64,000 nucleotides of DNA, taken from positions 195,967 to 259,966 of the forward strand of contig CAZWLY010000001.1 of assembly GCA_964634465.1 (NCBI GenBank), read 5' to 3'. Below are positions 1 through 9,185 of the stretch, one piece after another. The notes beneath the pieces were generated by a model. That model did no database searches. It saw nothing but the letters and a program-made list of their open reading frames with translations, and had not been told where the DNA came from. The position numbers were made by a program, and so were the translations under genes. This stretch comes from an uncultured Thermodesulfobacteriota bacterium. Its GTDB lineage: Bacteria; Desulfobacterota; Desulfarculia; G963662305. The stretch's first letter is position 1, and each line of letters starts with the position of its first letter.

Positions 1-771
1 CGCCACTCGGGGCGTCAGTTTGGTGAAGATGAACTCGACCCGGCGGTTGCTGGCCCGGCCGGCCGGGGTGTTGTTGGGACTGATCGGGTAGTTGGGACCG
101 AAGCCGATGGCCGACAGGCGCTTGGGATCGATCCCGCCCTTGTTGGCGATGTACCTGACCACGGCCGTCGCCCTGGCCGCCGACAGCTCCCAGTTGGACG
201 GGAAGGTGGCCGTCTTGATCGGCACGTTGTCGGTGTGGCCCTCGACGATGAGGTAGAATTTCGACTTGGCCAGGACCTTGATGATGCCGTCGAGGAGCCG
301 GTATGACGACGGTTTCAGGGTGGCCTGGCCAGGCTCGAAAAGAAGGCCGCCCTTGACCCTCATCCGCACCCCCCGCTTGCCGGCCCTGACCTCGACCGAG
401 CGCTCCAGCCCGTTGACCTTGACCAAATGTTGGACCTGGGCGGCGATGCGCGAGGTCTCCACCGCCGCGGCCGCCTCCCGGGCCTCTTCTATCCGGGTGT
501 TGGCCAGGAGTTGGGGCGTGGGGATGGGTTTTTCGACCTCCTTGCCCTTTTTGGGCGCGTCTTTGAGCACCGGCTGGAACTCGCCCTGCTGCTCGAAGGT
601 GACGCCGAAGGCGTTCTGGACCGAACCGAGCATCTCCCGGAACTTCTGGATGTCGATGTTGGCCATGGAGAGCATGAGGACGAAGAAGGTCAGCAGCAGC
701 GTCGCCAGATCGGCGAAAGTGGCCATCCACCTCGGTGCGGCGCCGGAAGCTTTTTTGTCGTTGGCTGGCAC
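1..771 (-). CDS. motB: Stator protein MotB (OmpA-like peptidoglycan-binding C-terminal domain); 3' end runs off the left window edge
   Basis: Absent from the ORF track because no stop lies inside the window. The reverse frame 771->1 was checked codon by codon and is open (257 codons). GTG at 771 follows the motA stop (774-776) by 2 nt. Translation gives ...PRWMATFADLATLLLTFFVLMLSMANI (MotB TM segment) and ends ...SNWELSAARATAVVRYI...GFGPNYPISPNNTPAGRASNRRVEFIF (OmpA/MotB motif). Confidence 0.85.
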   Translation of the reverse strand, partial: MPANDKKASGAAPRWMATFADLATLLLTFFVLMLSMANIDIQKFREMLGSVQNAFGVTFEQQGEFQPVLKDAPKKGKEVEKPIPTPQLLANTRIEEAREAAAAVETSRIAAQVQHLVKVNGLERSVEVRAGKRGVRMRVKGGLLFEPGQATLKPSSYRLLDGIIKVLAKSKFYLIVEGHTDNVPIKTATFPSNWELSAARATAVVRYIANKGGIDPKRLSAIGFGPNYPISPNNTPAGRASNRRVEFIFTKLTPRVA

Positions 772-773
772 GG

Positions 774-1559
774 CTACTTCTTCTTACCGGCCTTGATGCG
801 TTTGGCCTGGATCTGAGATCTGACTTCGGGCGGCATGAAGCCCATCAAGCGCTGCTGGACCTGGCGCGGGTTCTCGTTTCTGGCGATGGCCGCCGCCCCC
901 TCGACGATGAGGCGCATGTTTATCTGCTCCTTGACCGCCCGCCCGGCCAGCTTGTTGGCTCCAGGCAGGAAGAGGAGATTGGCCAGCACCGCGCCGTAGA
1001 AGGTCGTCAGCAGCGCCACCGCCATGGCCGGACCGATGGAGGACGGGTCGGAAAGATTGATCAGCATGATCACCAGACCGACCAGGGTGCCGATCATGCC
1101 CCAGGCCGGGGCCAGGTCGCCCATCTTCTCCAGGATGGCCTGGCTCTCTTCGCGCCTGAGCAGGGTCGCCTCCTGCTCGATTCTCAACAGGTCGCCCACG
1201 TCGGACGCCTTGTAACCGTCCGCGACCAACTGGAAGGCCAATTTCATGAACGGATCGGCCGTCTTCAGGCGCTCCAGGGCCGGGGGACCGTCCTTGCGGT
1301 AGACCTCGGCCGCCGTGATCAGCGTCCGGACGGTCTCGATGGAATCGGTCTTTTCGGGAAAGATGAGGCCGATGCTCGACTTGATGGCTTTGATGACCGA
1401 ACCGATCGGAAAGGCGACGAAAGTGGCGGCGAAGGTGCCGCCGACCACGATCAGCAGGCCGGGGGCGTTGACGAACGACTGGAGCGAACCGCCGAGCAGG
1501 ATCGAGATCAGCACCAGGGCGATGCCGAAGGTGACGCCGATTACCGTACCGATATCCAT
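774..1559 (-). CDS. motA: Stator/proton-channel protein MotA (MotA/TolQ/ExbB family)
   Basis: 261-aa ORF with multiple TM helices and typical MotA/PomA layout (MDIGTVIGVTFGIALVLISILLGG... GPAMAVALLTTFYGAVLANLLFLP). Immediately upstream of motB. Confidence 0.9.
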   Translation of the reverse strand: MDIGTVIGVTFGIALVLISILLGGSLQSFVNAPGLLIVVGGTFAATFVAFPIGSVIKAIKSSIGLIFPEKTDSIETVRTLITAAEVYRKDGPPALERLKTADPFMKLAFQLVADGYKASDVGDLLRIEQEATLLRREESQAILEKMGDLAPAWGMIGTLVGLVIMLINLSDPSSIGPAMAVALLTTFYGAVLANLLFLPGANKLAGRAVKEQINMRLIVEGAAAIARNENPRQVQQRLMGFMPPEVRSQIQAKRIKAGKKK

Positions 1560-1588
1560 GACCTACAATCCCAGCTTCTTGCTCCGGC

Positions 1589-2269
1589 TTATTCGGTCCT
1601 CTTCAACAGTTCTTCCAGTTCAACCACCTGGTCGGCCGGAACGTCCTCGCTCTCTTCACCGTCCCGATCGACTCCGGGCTCGCCGCTTGGGCCGGCGTTC
1701 TGGGGAGGCGGGACGGTCCGGTCGCCCTTGCCCCAGGAGGAGCGCCGGGTCGCGGACTGTTTCTTGCGCTTTATGTTGTACCGATCCTTCCCGACGACGA
1801 CCGCGTCGTCTGCGGTGTATAGCCGGCCGTCCGGTCCGGCCGAGCGAATGAAGTAGAGCACGCCGGGTTTTTCGACCATCTCCACCCGAATCGGCCGACC
1901 CCAGGCGTCCTGGAAATCCGGCGCCGGACCGATGAGCGGCATGTCGCCGGTGGCCCTCAGGTCGTGTTCGATCCGGTTCTGGAGTTTGAGCATCTGCTTG
2001 ACGGTCCACGAAGTCAGCGGCGTTTCGATGGAGATGCCCCGCTTCAGGAGAATCCGACTGGCTTTGGCGTAGACCGCGGTTTCGCTGTAGGGAGCCATCT
2101 TGGCCACGACCTTGCAGGCCTCCAGCTCCCGGCCCTGGTTGAGCAGCTTCGCCGCCTTGGCCCACAGCCGTTCGGCCTGACCGGCCCGGGCCGGCAAGGC
2201 CCAGCAGGACATGACGGTCGTAACCGCGATCAACACCGCCCACCAGCACCATTTTCTTCTGGCCGTCAT
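1589..2269 (-). CDS. Hypothetical exported protein with a GspG-C-terminal-like segment
   Basis: 226-aa ORF with an N-terminal hydrophobic signal/anchor (WCWWAVLIAVTTVMSCWALPARA). The segment DAWGRPIRVEMVEKPGVLYFIRSAGPDGRLYTADDAVV resembles the globular C-terminal domain of type II secretion pseudopilin G, but there is no prepilin leader. Sits 30 nt upstream of motA on the same strand. Confidence 0.55.
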   Translation of the reverse strand: MTARRKWCWWAVLIAVTTVMSCWALPARAGQAERLWAKAAKLLNQGRELEACKVVAKMAPYSETAVYAKASRILLKRGISIETPLTSWTVKQMLKLQNRIEHDLRATGDMPLIGPAPDFQDAWGRPIRVEMVEKPGVLYFIRSAGPDGRLYTADDAVVVGKDRYNIKRKKQSATRRSSWGKGDRTVPPPQNAGPSGEPGVDRDGEESEDVPADQVVELEELLKRTE

Positions 2270-2441
2270 GTCACTCGCCTCTCCATATTCTTAGTCGATT
2301 CTCTTACTTGTCAAGCCAAGTTTTGGTCGATTCTCCAAAAGACGGCCGGTAAGGACGCCCCCCGGCCGACCGGAATCGATCTGAAACGGTTTCTTTTTTC
2401 CGGCGCCGGTCCGGGCGGCTCGGCCCGGACCGGCGCCGGAT

Positions 2442-2879
2442 TCAAGCCCTGGAATAGGTGCCCATCAGTTCGGCCTTGGCGATGGCTTTCTCCTCCACCG
2501 CCCGCTGGAAGTCGTTTCGAGTAAGACCGCAGGGGCCGGGTTCGGGCAGGGCGTAGAGGACGAAGTAGTAGCGGTGCGTGCCCGACGGCGGGCAAGGGCC
2601 GCCGTAATGGGTGAAGCCGAAGTGGTTGGGCGCCTCCTTGGCCCCGGCCGGGATCGGTCCGCCGGTCGGGATGTGATCGGCGTCCGGCGGGATGTCGCAG
2701 ACCAGCCAGTGGGTCCAATCTCCCACCGGGGCGTCGGGGTCGTGACAGACCAGAGCCAGGCTGACCGTGCCTTCGGGTACGTCCGACCAGGCCAGATGGG
2801 GCGAGACGTCCTCGCCGTCGCAAGTGAATCTGACCGGGATCGGCTGGGAGTCGGTAAGGTCGTCACTCCACAATCTCAT
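2442..2879 (-). CDS. YbhB/YbcL family Raf-kinase-inhibitor-like (PEBP) protein
   Basis: The ORF-track entry 2442..2933 was trimmed to ATG 2879, which is preceded by GGAGG. Carries PEBP hallmarks: SPHLAWSDVPEGT, LVCHDPDAP, WTHWLV, YGGPCPPSGTHRYYFVLYAL. Confidence 0.85.
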   Translation of the reverse strand: MRLWSDDLTDSQPIPVRFTCDGEDVSPHLAWSDVPEGTVSLALVCHDPDAPVGDWTHWLVCDIPPDADHIPTGGPIPAGAKEAPNHFGFTHYGGPCPPSGTHRYYFVLYALPEPGPCGLTRNDFQRAVEEKAIAKAELMGTYSRA

Positions 2880-3068
2880 GGTCCGCCTCCTTGAACTGGT
2901 GGATCGAGCCCCACGGGGGATTCTTCCCCGCAACCTGCGGCCGAGAAGAACGATTCCGCGTCCAACACCCCATACCCCGCCTGTTGGGGCGGGGTCGGTC
3001 GTAGACCGGAACTCGATCGTTTGGATTTAGGCTATGACGTTCCGGGCCGGCCGTCAAGCGGTGAGGAC

Positions 3069-4007
3069 TCAGTCTTCGAGCAGGGACTTGAAATAGGCGA
3101 TGGTCTCCTTGAGGCCGTCTTCCAGGGCGACCTTCGGCCGCCAGTCCAATCGCCTCTTGGCCAGCGAGATGTCGGGCCGGCGCTGGACCGGATCGTCGGC
3201 CGGCAGATCGGCGAAGGCGATCTCGGAATCGGAGCCGGTCAGCTCGACGATCAACCGGGCCAGTTCGAGGATGGAGAACTCGGCGGGATTGCCCAGATTG
3301 ACCGGCCCGATGAACTCGTCCTGGTCCATCATCTTGATGAGGCCGTCGATCATGTCGGAGACGTGGCAGAAGGATCTGGTCTGGGAGCCGTCGCCGTAGA
3401 CGGTAAGCGGCTCGCCCTTCAAGGCCTGAACGATGAAGTTGGAGACCACCCGGCCGTCGTCCAGGGTCATGTTTGGGCCGTAGGTGTTGAATATCCGGAC
3501 GATTCTAATATCGACGCCGTGCTGGCGGTGATAGTCCATCATCAGTGTCTCGGCCACCCGCTTGCCCTCGTCGTAGCACGAGCGCGGGCCGATGGGGTTG
3601 ACGTGGCCCCAGTAGGCTTCCGGCTGGGGATGCTGATGAGGGTTGCCGTAGACTTCCGAGGTGGAGGCCAGCAGGATGCGGGCCTTGACCCGCTTGGCCA
3701 GGCCGAGCATGTTCAGCGTCCCCATGACGATCGTTTTGACCGTCTTGACCGGATTTAGCTGATAGTGGACCGGTGAGGCCGGACTGGCCAGGCTGAAGAC
3801 GCGGTCCGCCTCCAGAAAGATCGGTTGGACCACATCGTGGCGGATCAGCTCGAAGCGGGGGTGGTCGATGATCTCGGCCAGGTTCCGCTTCGAGCCGGTG
3901 TAGAAATTGTCCAGGCAGCAGACGTGGTTACCCTCGTCCAGCAGGCGCTTGATCAGGTGTGAGCCGATGAATCCGGCCCCGCCGGTGACTAGAACTCTCT
4001 GACCCAT
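3069..4007 (-). CDS. UDP-glucuronate decarboxylase (UXS-type extended SDR)
   Basis: Trimmed from 3069..4520 to ATG 4007 ([18 protein letters not shown]). Near-colinear with UXS enzymes as I remember them: [63 protein letters not shown]. Confidence 0.9.
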   Translation of the reverse strand: MGQRVLVTGGAGFIGSHLIKRLLDEGNHVCCLDNFYTGSKRNLAEIIDHPRFELIRHDVVQPIFLEADRVFSLASPASPVHYQLNPVKTVKTIVMGTLNMLGLAKRVKARILLASTSEVYGNPHQHPQPEAYWGHVNPIGPRSCYDEGKRVAETLMMDYHRQHGVDIRIVRIFNTYGPNMTLDDGRVVSNFIVQALKGEPLTVYGDGSQTRSFCHVSDMIDGLIKMMDQDEFIGPVNLGNPAEFSILELARLIVELTGSDSEIAFADLPADDPVQRRPDISLAKRRLDWRPKVALEDGLKETIAYFKSLLED

Positions 4008-4030
4008 CCTCTTCCGGATCTCCTCCCCTT

Positions 4031-4996
4031 TCAACCCATCTTCCGGTGCCAACTCCAAGCGGTGTCGATGATCTCCTCGATATCGGTGTAGCGGGCTCGC
4101 CAGTCGAGCTTCGCTTCGGCTCGGGACGGGTCGGCCACCAACTCGGCCGGATCGCCCGGCCGGCGCGGTCCGATGGCCACCTCGATCGTCCGGCCGGTGA
4201 CGATCTGGCAGGCGTCGATGACCTCCCGGACCGTGTACCCCTGTCCGGTGCCCAGGTTGAGGGCCAGGCCGGTCTTTTCCGCCGAGGCCAGTTTTAGGGC
4301 CGCGACGTGGGCCCGGGCCAGATCCGAGACGTGGACGTAGTCGCGGATGCAGGTGCCGTCCCGGGTGGGGTAGTCCTCGCCGAATATCTTGACGCCCTCG
4401 CTCAATCCCAGGGCGGCCTTGAGGATCAGGGGGATGAGATGCGTCTCGGGATCGTGCCTCTCGCCGACGCGGGCCAGGGGGTCGGCGCCGGCGGCGTTGA
4501 AGTAGCGCAGACTGATCCACGACAGGCCGTAGGCCCGGCCGTACTCCTCCAGGGCCCGCTCCAAAACGAGCTTGGTGAAGCCGTAGGGGTTGATCGGCGC
4601 TTTGGGGTGATCTTCTTTGAGCGGCAGGCTTTCGGGCAGCCCGTAGACGGCGCAGGTCGAGGAGAAGATGACCGGGATGGAGCGCTCGGCGGCCAGGCCG
4701 ACGAGGTTGAGGCCGGCGATGACATTGTTGTCGAAGTAGGCCCTGGGATCGGCCACCGATTGACCGACCAGGGCCAGGGCGGCGAAATGGATGATGCCTT
4801 CGACCCGGTGTTGGTCGAGGAGCCGGGCCAGCCCGTCGGCGTCGCCCAGGTCGAGCTCGACAAGCCGGCCGTGCAAGACCGCTTCCCGGTGGCCCAGGGA
4901 CAGGTTGTCCACCACCAGGATGTCGTAGCCGGCTTCGGCCAGGGCGATGAGAGTGTGGCTGCCGATGTAACCGGCCCCGCCGGTGACGAGAATCAT
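4031..4996 (-). CDS. galE: UDP-glucose 4-epimerase
   Basis: Trimmed from 4031..5197 to ATG 4996 ([14 protein letters not shown]). Shows the YGxxK region [10 protein letters not shown] and the C-terminal [19 protein letters not shown]. Its ATG overlaps the rfbD stop (ATGA). Confidence 0.9.
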   Translation of the reverse strand: MILVTGGAGYIGSHTLIALAEAGYDILVVDNLSLGHREAVLHGRLVELDLGDADGLARLLDQHRVEGIIHFAALALVGQSVADPRAYFDNNVIAGLNLVGLAAERSIPVIFSSTCAVYGLPESLPLKEDHPKAPINPYGFTKLVLERALEEYGRAYGLSWISLRYFNAAGADPLARVGERHDPETHLIPLILKAALGLSEGVKIFGEDYPTRDGTCIRDYVHVSDLARAHVAALKLASAEKTGLALNLGTGQGYTVREVIDACQIVTGRTIEVAIGPRRPGDPAELVADPSRAEAKLDWRARYTDIEEIIDTAWSWHRKMG

Positions 4997-5850
4997 GCCC
5001 TGCTCCGTCGTTCGAGGTAGGCGGCCAGGGCCTCGTCCCACGGTCTCAGACCGATGCCGTGCTCCCTCATTCGCTCGCAGTCGAGGACCGACATGGCCGG
5101 CCGCTGGGCCTTGCGATCGAGCCGGGCGGAGGGGATGGCTCGCAAGCGAACCTCGATGTTTTCGAGCTCCAGCGCCTTTTGGGCTAGGCCGAACCACGAC
5201 GTCTGGCCGGCGTTGACCAGGTTGAAGGTGCCCTTCAGGTCCAACTGGATGATCATCGGCAGGGCGGCGGCCAGGTCGAGGGAGTAGGTCGGCGAGCCGA
5301 TCTGGTCATCGACGACAGTCAGCTCGTCCCGCTCCCGGGCCAGGTGGAGGATGGTCTCGATGAAGTTGGGGCCGTGGGGGCCGTAGAGCCAGGCGGTGCG
5401 GATGATGGCGTGGTCCGGGTTGGCCTTGCGAGTGGCCGTCTCCCCGGCCCATTTGGTCCGGCCGTAGGCGTTGATCGGGGCCGGCGGGTCGTCCTCGTTG
5501 TAGGGCTTCTCCTTGGTCCCGTCGAAGACGAAGTCGGTGGAGAAGTAGACCACCTTGGCCCCGACTTCGGCCGCGGCCCGGGCCACGTTTTCCGCGCCGC
5601 CGATGTTGACCGCCGCCGCCTTGTCCTCCTCGTCCTCGGCCTGATCGACCTTGGTGTAGGCGGCGCAGTTGATGACCGCCAGCGGTTCGAGCTCGCCGAT
5701 GATCCGCCGGCAGGCCTCGGCGTTGGTCACGTCCAGGACGTTGCGGTCGAGGGCGGTGAAGTCGTAATCGTGCAGGGCGAAGACCTCGGCCACCGCCCCG
5801 CCCAACAGGCCGCCGGCCCCGGTGACGACGATGTTGCCCGACTCGTTCAT
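4993..5850 (-). CDS. rfbD: dTDP-4-dehydrorhamnose reductase
   Basis: 285-aa ORF ([10 protein letters not shown]..., [31 protein letters not shown]), typical of RmlD. Confidence 0.9.
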   Translation of the reverse strand: MNESGNIVVTGAGGLLGGAVAEVFALHDYDFTALDRNVLDVTNAEACRRIIGELEPLAVINCAAYTKVDQAEDEEDKAAAVNIGGAENVARAAAEVGAKVVYFSTDFVFDGTKEKPYNEDDPPAPINAYGRTKWAGETATRKANPDHAIIRTAWLYGPHGPNFIETILHLARERDELTVVDDQIGSPTYSLDLAAALPMIIQLDLKGTFNLVNAGQTSWFGLAQKALELENIEVRLRAIPSARLDRKAQRPAMSVLDCERMREHGIGLRPWDEALAAYLERRSRA

Positions 5851-5854
5851 GGTT

Positions 5855-6904
5855 TCAACCGATCACCTCGCGCTCGGCGTAATGTCGCCGGTAGTAGTCC
5901 TGGTAGGCCCCGGTCTTGACCGAACGCCACCAGGCCTCGTTGGCCAGGTACCACTCCACCGTCCGCTTGAGGCCGTCGTCGAGATCGATCTCCGGACGCC
6001 AGCCCAGCCGCTCGGTGGTCCGCTCGAAGGCCATGGCGTAGCGCCAGTCGTGGCCCAAGCGGTCGGTGACGAATTCGATCAGGGACAGATAGTCGTCCGC
6101 CGGGCGGCCGGTGGCCTCGGCCAGGGCGGCCATCAGCCGCCGGACCAGCTCCAGGTTGGACAGCTCCGAGGCGCCGCCGAAGTTGTAGATCTGGCCCGGT
6201 TGGCCGCGATAGAGGGCCGCCTCGACGCCCCGGCAGTGGTCATCGACGTGGATCCAGTCCCGGATGTTGGAGCCGTCGCCGTAGATGGGCAGGGCCTTGC
6301 CCTCCAGGGCGTTGGTCAGCATCAGCGGGATGAGCTTCTCCGGAAACTGGTAGGGGCCGTAGTTGTTGGAGCAGCGGGTGATGACCGCCGGCAGGCCATA
6401 GGTCTTGACGTAGCTCCTGACCAGAAGATCGGCCGCCGCCTTGCTGGCGGCGTAGGGGCTGTTGGGGGCCAGGTCGTTAGCCTCGGTGAACGGCGGGTCG
6501 TCGGCCCCCAGCGAGCCGTAGACCTCGTCGGTCGAGACCTGGACGAACATCCTGACCTCGTGGGCCAAGGCGGCGTCGAGGAGGGTGTGGACGCCGACGA
6601 TGTTGGTCTCAATGAACTCCCTGGACGACTCGATGGAACGATCGACGTGGGACTCGGCGGCCAGATTGACCACGGCGTCGATTCTTTCGCGGGCCATCAG
6701 CTCGGCCACGAACGGGCGGTCGCAGATGTCGCCCTTGACGAAACTCCAGTTGGACCGCCCCTCCACCGGCTTGAGATTTTCCAGGTTGCCGGCGTAGGTC
6801 AGCTTGTCCAACACCACGAACCGGTCCTTTGGGTGGCCGGTTACCAGGCGGATGACCAGGTTGGCCCCGATGAAGCCCGCGCCGCCGGTGACTAAGACGT
6901 TCAT
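5855..6904 (-). CDS. rfbB: dTDP-glucose 4,6-dehydratase
   Basis: Trimmed to ATG 6904 ([13 protein letters not shown]). Motifs: LDKLTYAGN, VSTDEVYG, SPYAASKAAADLLV, NNYGPYQFPEKLIP, DWIHVDDH. Confidence 0.93.
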   Translation of the reverse strand: MNVLVTGGAGFIGANLVIRLVTGHPKDRFVVLDKLTYAGNLENLKPVEGRSNWSFVKGDICDRPFVAELMARERIDAVVNLAAESHVDRSIESSREFIETNIVGVHTLLDAALAHEVRMFVQVSTDEVYGSLGADDPPFTEANDLAPNSPYAASKAAADLLVRSYVKTYGLPAVITRCSNNYGPYQFPEKLIPLMLTNALEGKALPIYGDGSNIRDWIHVDDHCRGVEAALYRGQPGQIYNFGGASELSNLELVRRLMAALAEATGRPADDYLSLIEFVTDRLGHDWRYAMAFERTTERLGWRPEIDLDDGLKRTVEWYLANEAWWRSVKTGAYQDYYRRHYAEREVIG

Positions 6905-6969
6905 GATCCTCCCCGAATCCCGAGGCATTATGGCCGGGGCGGGGTCGATCTGTCAACCGGAGGTTGGTC

Positions 6970-6999
6970 TTGACAACCAAGGCGGCTTACGCCTAGGCT
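6970..6999 (+). promoter_or_regulatory. Putative sigma70-type promoter of ltaE (TTGACA-18 nt-TAGGCT); would give a leaderless mRNA
   Basis: TTGACA at 6970-6975 and TAGGCT at 6994-6999, followed by exactly 6 nt and then ATG 7006. No Shine-Dalgarno sequence upstream of the ATG. Confidence 0.3.
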
Positions 7000-7005
7000 C
7001 AAGTC

Positions 7006-8043
7006 ATGTATATAGATTTGAGAAGCGACACGGTGACCAAGCCCGACCGGGGCATGCGCCGGGCCATGGCCGAGGCGGAGGTCGGCGACGACGTCTTCGG
7101 CGAAGATCCCACGGTAAACAAGCTCCAGGACAAGGCGGCCGAACTGTTGGGCAAGGAGGCGGCCCTGTTCGTGCCCAGCGGGACCATGGCCAACCAGGTC
7201 TGCCTGAGGACCCTGACCCGACCGGGCGACGAGGTCATCTGCGACGTCCACGCCCACCTCTACCGCCACGAGGGCGCGGCCGGGGCGACGCTGTCCGGTC
7301 TGTCCTACTACCCGCTGGAGGGCGACCTGGGCCGGATTTCGGCCGAGCAGGTCGCTTCGGCCATCCAGCCGGACAACGTCCATTTTCCGGTCAGCCGGGT
7401 GGTCGCCGTGGAGAACACCCACAACCGGGGCAACGGCTCGTTCTACGAACTCGAGTCCATTCGGGCCATCGCCGAGGTGGCCAAGGGAGCCGGGCTGCAT
7501 CTCCATCTCGATGGGGCCCGGATGTTCCACGCCTGCCTGGCCGGCGGCTACTCGCCCCGGGAGCTGGCCGAGCCCTTCGACACCGTCTCGTTTTGCCTGT
7601 CCAAGGGGCTGGGCGCGCCGGTGGGCTCGATGGTCGTCACCACCAAGGAGCGGCTGCCGGCGGCCCTTCGGGCGCGCAAGCAGTTCGGCGGCGGCATGCG
7701 CCAGGCCGGGATTCTGGCCGCGGCCGGGCTCTACGCCCTGGAACACAACCTGGACCGCCTGGCCGAAGACCACCACCGGGCCAAGCGGCTGGCTCTGGGC
7801 TTGGCCGAGTTGGCCGGGGTGAGGCTCGATCCGGACGAGGTGGTGACCAACATCGTCATCTTCGACGTCTCGCCGTCGGGCATGACGCCGCTGGAGGTCG
7901 AGGCCGCCTTGGCCGAGGAGGGCGTCAAGGTCATCCCCTTCGGGCCGAGCGCGCTGCGGGCGGTGACCCACCTCGACGTGGACGACGACGACATCGACCG
8001 GGCGCTTTCGGCCATGGCCAAGGTGTTGGGGAATGCCAAGTAA
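7006..8043 (+). CDS. ltaE: Low-specificity L-threonine aldolase
   Basis: 345-aa ORF ([38 protein letters not shown]), a PLP-dependent threonine aldolase signature. Confidence 0.9.
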   Translation: MYIDLRSDTVTKPDRGMRRAMAEAEVGDDVFGEDPTVNKLQDKAAELLGKEAALFVPSGTMANQVCLRTLTRPGDEVICDVHAHLYRHEGAAGATLSGLSYYPLEGDLGRISAEQVASAIQPDNVHFPVSRVVAVENTHNRGNGSFYELESIRAIAEVAKGAGLHLHLDGARMFHACLAGGYSPRELAEPFDTVSFCLSKGLGAPVGSMVVTTKERLPAALRARKQFGGGMRQAGILAAAGLYALEHNLDRLAEDHHRAKRLALGLAELAGVRLDPDEVVTNIVIFDVSPSGMTPLEVEAALAEEGVKVIPFGPSALRAVTHLDVDDDDIDRALSAMAKVLGNAK

Positions 8044-8596
8044 GGTCGTCGACCTCGAGCGATTTCGACTGACCAAGGCCGTGTGTCGGGTCGAAGGGAT
8101 GTTCGAGGCCCGCTTCGGCGTCTCCCTCGGCCCGGAGACGACCCCGGCCGAGTTGCCCGATCGGGTGCTGGCCTTCCTCATCGAGGGCAAGGCCGCGGCC
8201 ACCGAGTTCGTCCAGGACATGATCATCCGTCTCCTGGCCCTGGGCCGGGGGATCAGCTTCCACTATCTGGCCAAGCCGGACAAGATGGCCGTCTTGGACA
8301 GCTACTTCTTTCTCCTGGACCAGCTTCGCTTCGAGGCCATGCGGCGACTGGGCTGGGTGTCGTCCTACCCCGGCCAGGGCTTTCCGGTGGTTCTGATCGC
8401 CGTCGATCCGGACCTGGTCAAGTCTCAGGGCGGCCCGCTGGAGCTCTCCAGCGACCACCCGTCCTATCCCGAGTTCAGGCTCCGGCGGGATTTGGACGGC
8501 GAGGTGGTGGTCCGGCGGCTCATCCCCAAGGCCATCGCCGCCTTTCAGGAGAAAGCCGGAACTAACGGCTCAGATGGCGAGCCGTCTCCCGCCTGA
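8033..8596 (+). CDS. Hypothetical protein
   Basis: 187-aa ORF overlapping the ltaE 3' end by 11 nt. Balanced, non-artefactual composition. I recognise no family. Confidence 0.55.
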   Translation: MPSKVVDLERFRLTKAVCRVEGMFEARFGVSLGPETTPAELPDRVLAFLIEGKAAATEFVQDMIIRLLALGRGISFHYLAKPDKMAVLDSYFFLLDQLRFEAMRRLGWVSSYPGQGFPVVLIAVDPDLVKSQGGPLELSSDHPSYPEFRLRRDLDGEVVVRRLIPKAIAAFQEKAGTNGSDGEPSPA

Positions 8597-9185
8597 TTAG
8601 ATCCTCGAAGCCGAGAAAGAAGTGGTCGGCCTCATCGATTCCGACCAGGACCGGCTGGCGGGGGCCGAACCCTTCTACCAGCGCGGCCAGTTGGTCGGGC
8701 GGGCAGAAGGCGTCCCGGCCGCCGTGGATGATCAGGCCCGGCGCAAGGGCGACGCCGGCCGGGTCGATGGCCAGCATTCCCACCGGCGGGGCGACCCAGA
8801 TCTGATCGATGACCGGCCGGCGGCCGAAGTCCGCGGCCGCGGCCACCCAGGCGCCGAAGGAGTAACCGGCCACGACCAGCCGGTCGAGCCCCAGGCCGGA
8901 GAGGTGATCCAGCCCGGCCAACAGGTCTTCGGCCTCGCCCCGGCCGTGGTCGAAACCACCCGAGCTTCGGCCCACGCCCCGGAAGTTGAACCGGAGCGTG
9001 CTCCAGCCGGCCTCGGCTCCGGCTTGGACCAGAGCCTCGACCACGTTGTTGAGCATCGAGCCGCCGTAGAGGGGGTGGGGATGGGTGACGACGAGCCCGC
9101 CGGCCGGCTCGCCGGCCCGAAAGAGGAGCCCCTCCAGCCGCTGGGGCCCGTCGATGACGATCGCTTTTTCGTTCAGTCGCGCCAC
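8562..9185 (-). CDS. Alpha/beta hydrolase (short, esterase-like)
   Basis: Trimmed from 8562..10448 to GTG 9185 (in frame, 208 codons). Contains VVTHPHPLYGGSMLNNVV, a nucleophile elbow in the context AGYSFGA, and IIHGGRDAFCP. Confidence 0.75.
   Translation of the reverse strand: MARLNEKAIVIDGPQRLEGLLFRAGEPAGGLVVTHPHPLYGGSMLNNVVEALVQAGAEAGWSTLRFNFRGVGRSSGGFDHGRGEAEDLLAGLDHLSGLGLDRLVVAGYSFGAWVAAAADFGRRPVIDQIWVAPPVGMLAIDPAGVALAPGLIIHGGRDAFCPPDQLAALVEGFGPRQPVLVGIDEADHFFLGFEDLIRRETARHLSR

Noticed and set aside
3069-4520. Long N-terminal extensions in the ORF track for several real genes (3069..4520, 4031..5197, 8562..10448, 9173..10507, 22079..23923, 44376..46139, 45482..47761, 53001..54302, 53675..55315, 61028..63439)
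   Set aside because: The extensions are Arg/Pro/Gly-rich and overlap the upstream gene. Internal starts reproduce canonical protein N-termini, usually with a Shine-Dalgarno sequence or an ATGA/overlap junction, so the shorter coordinates were used.
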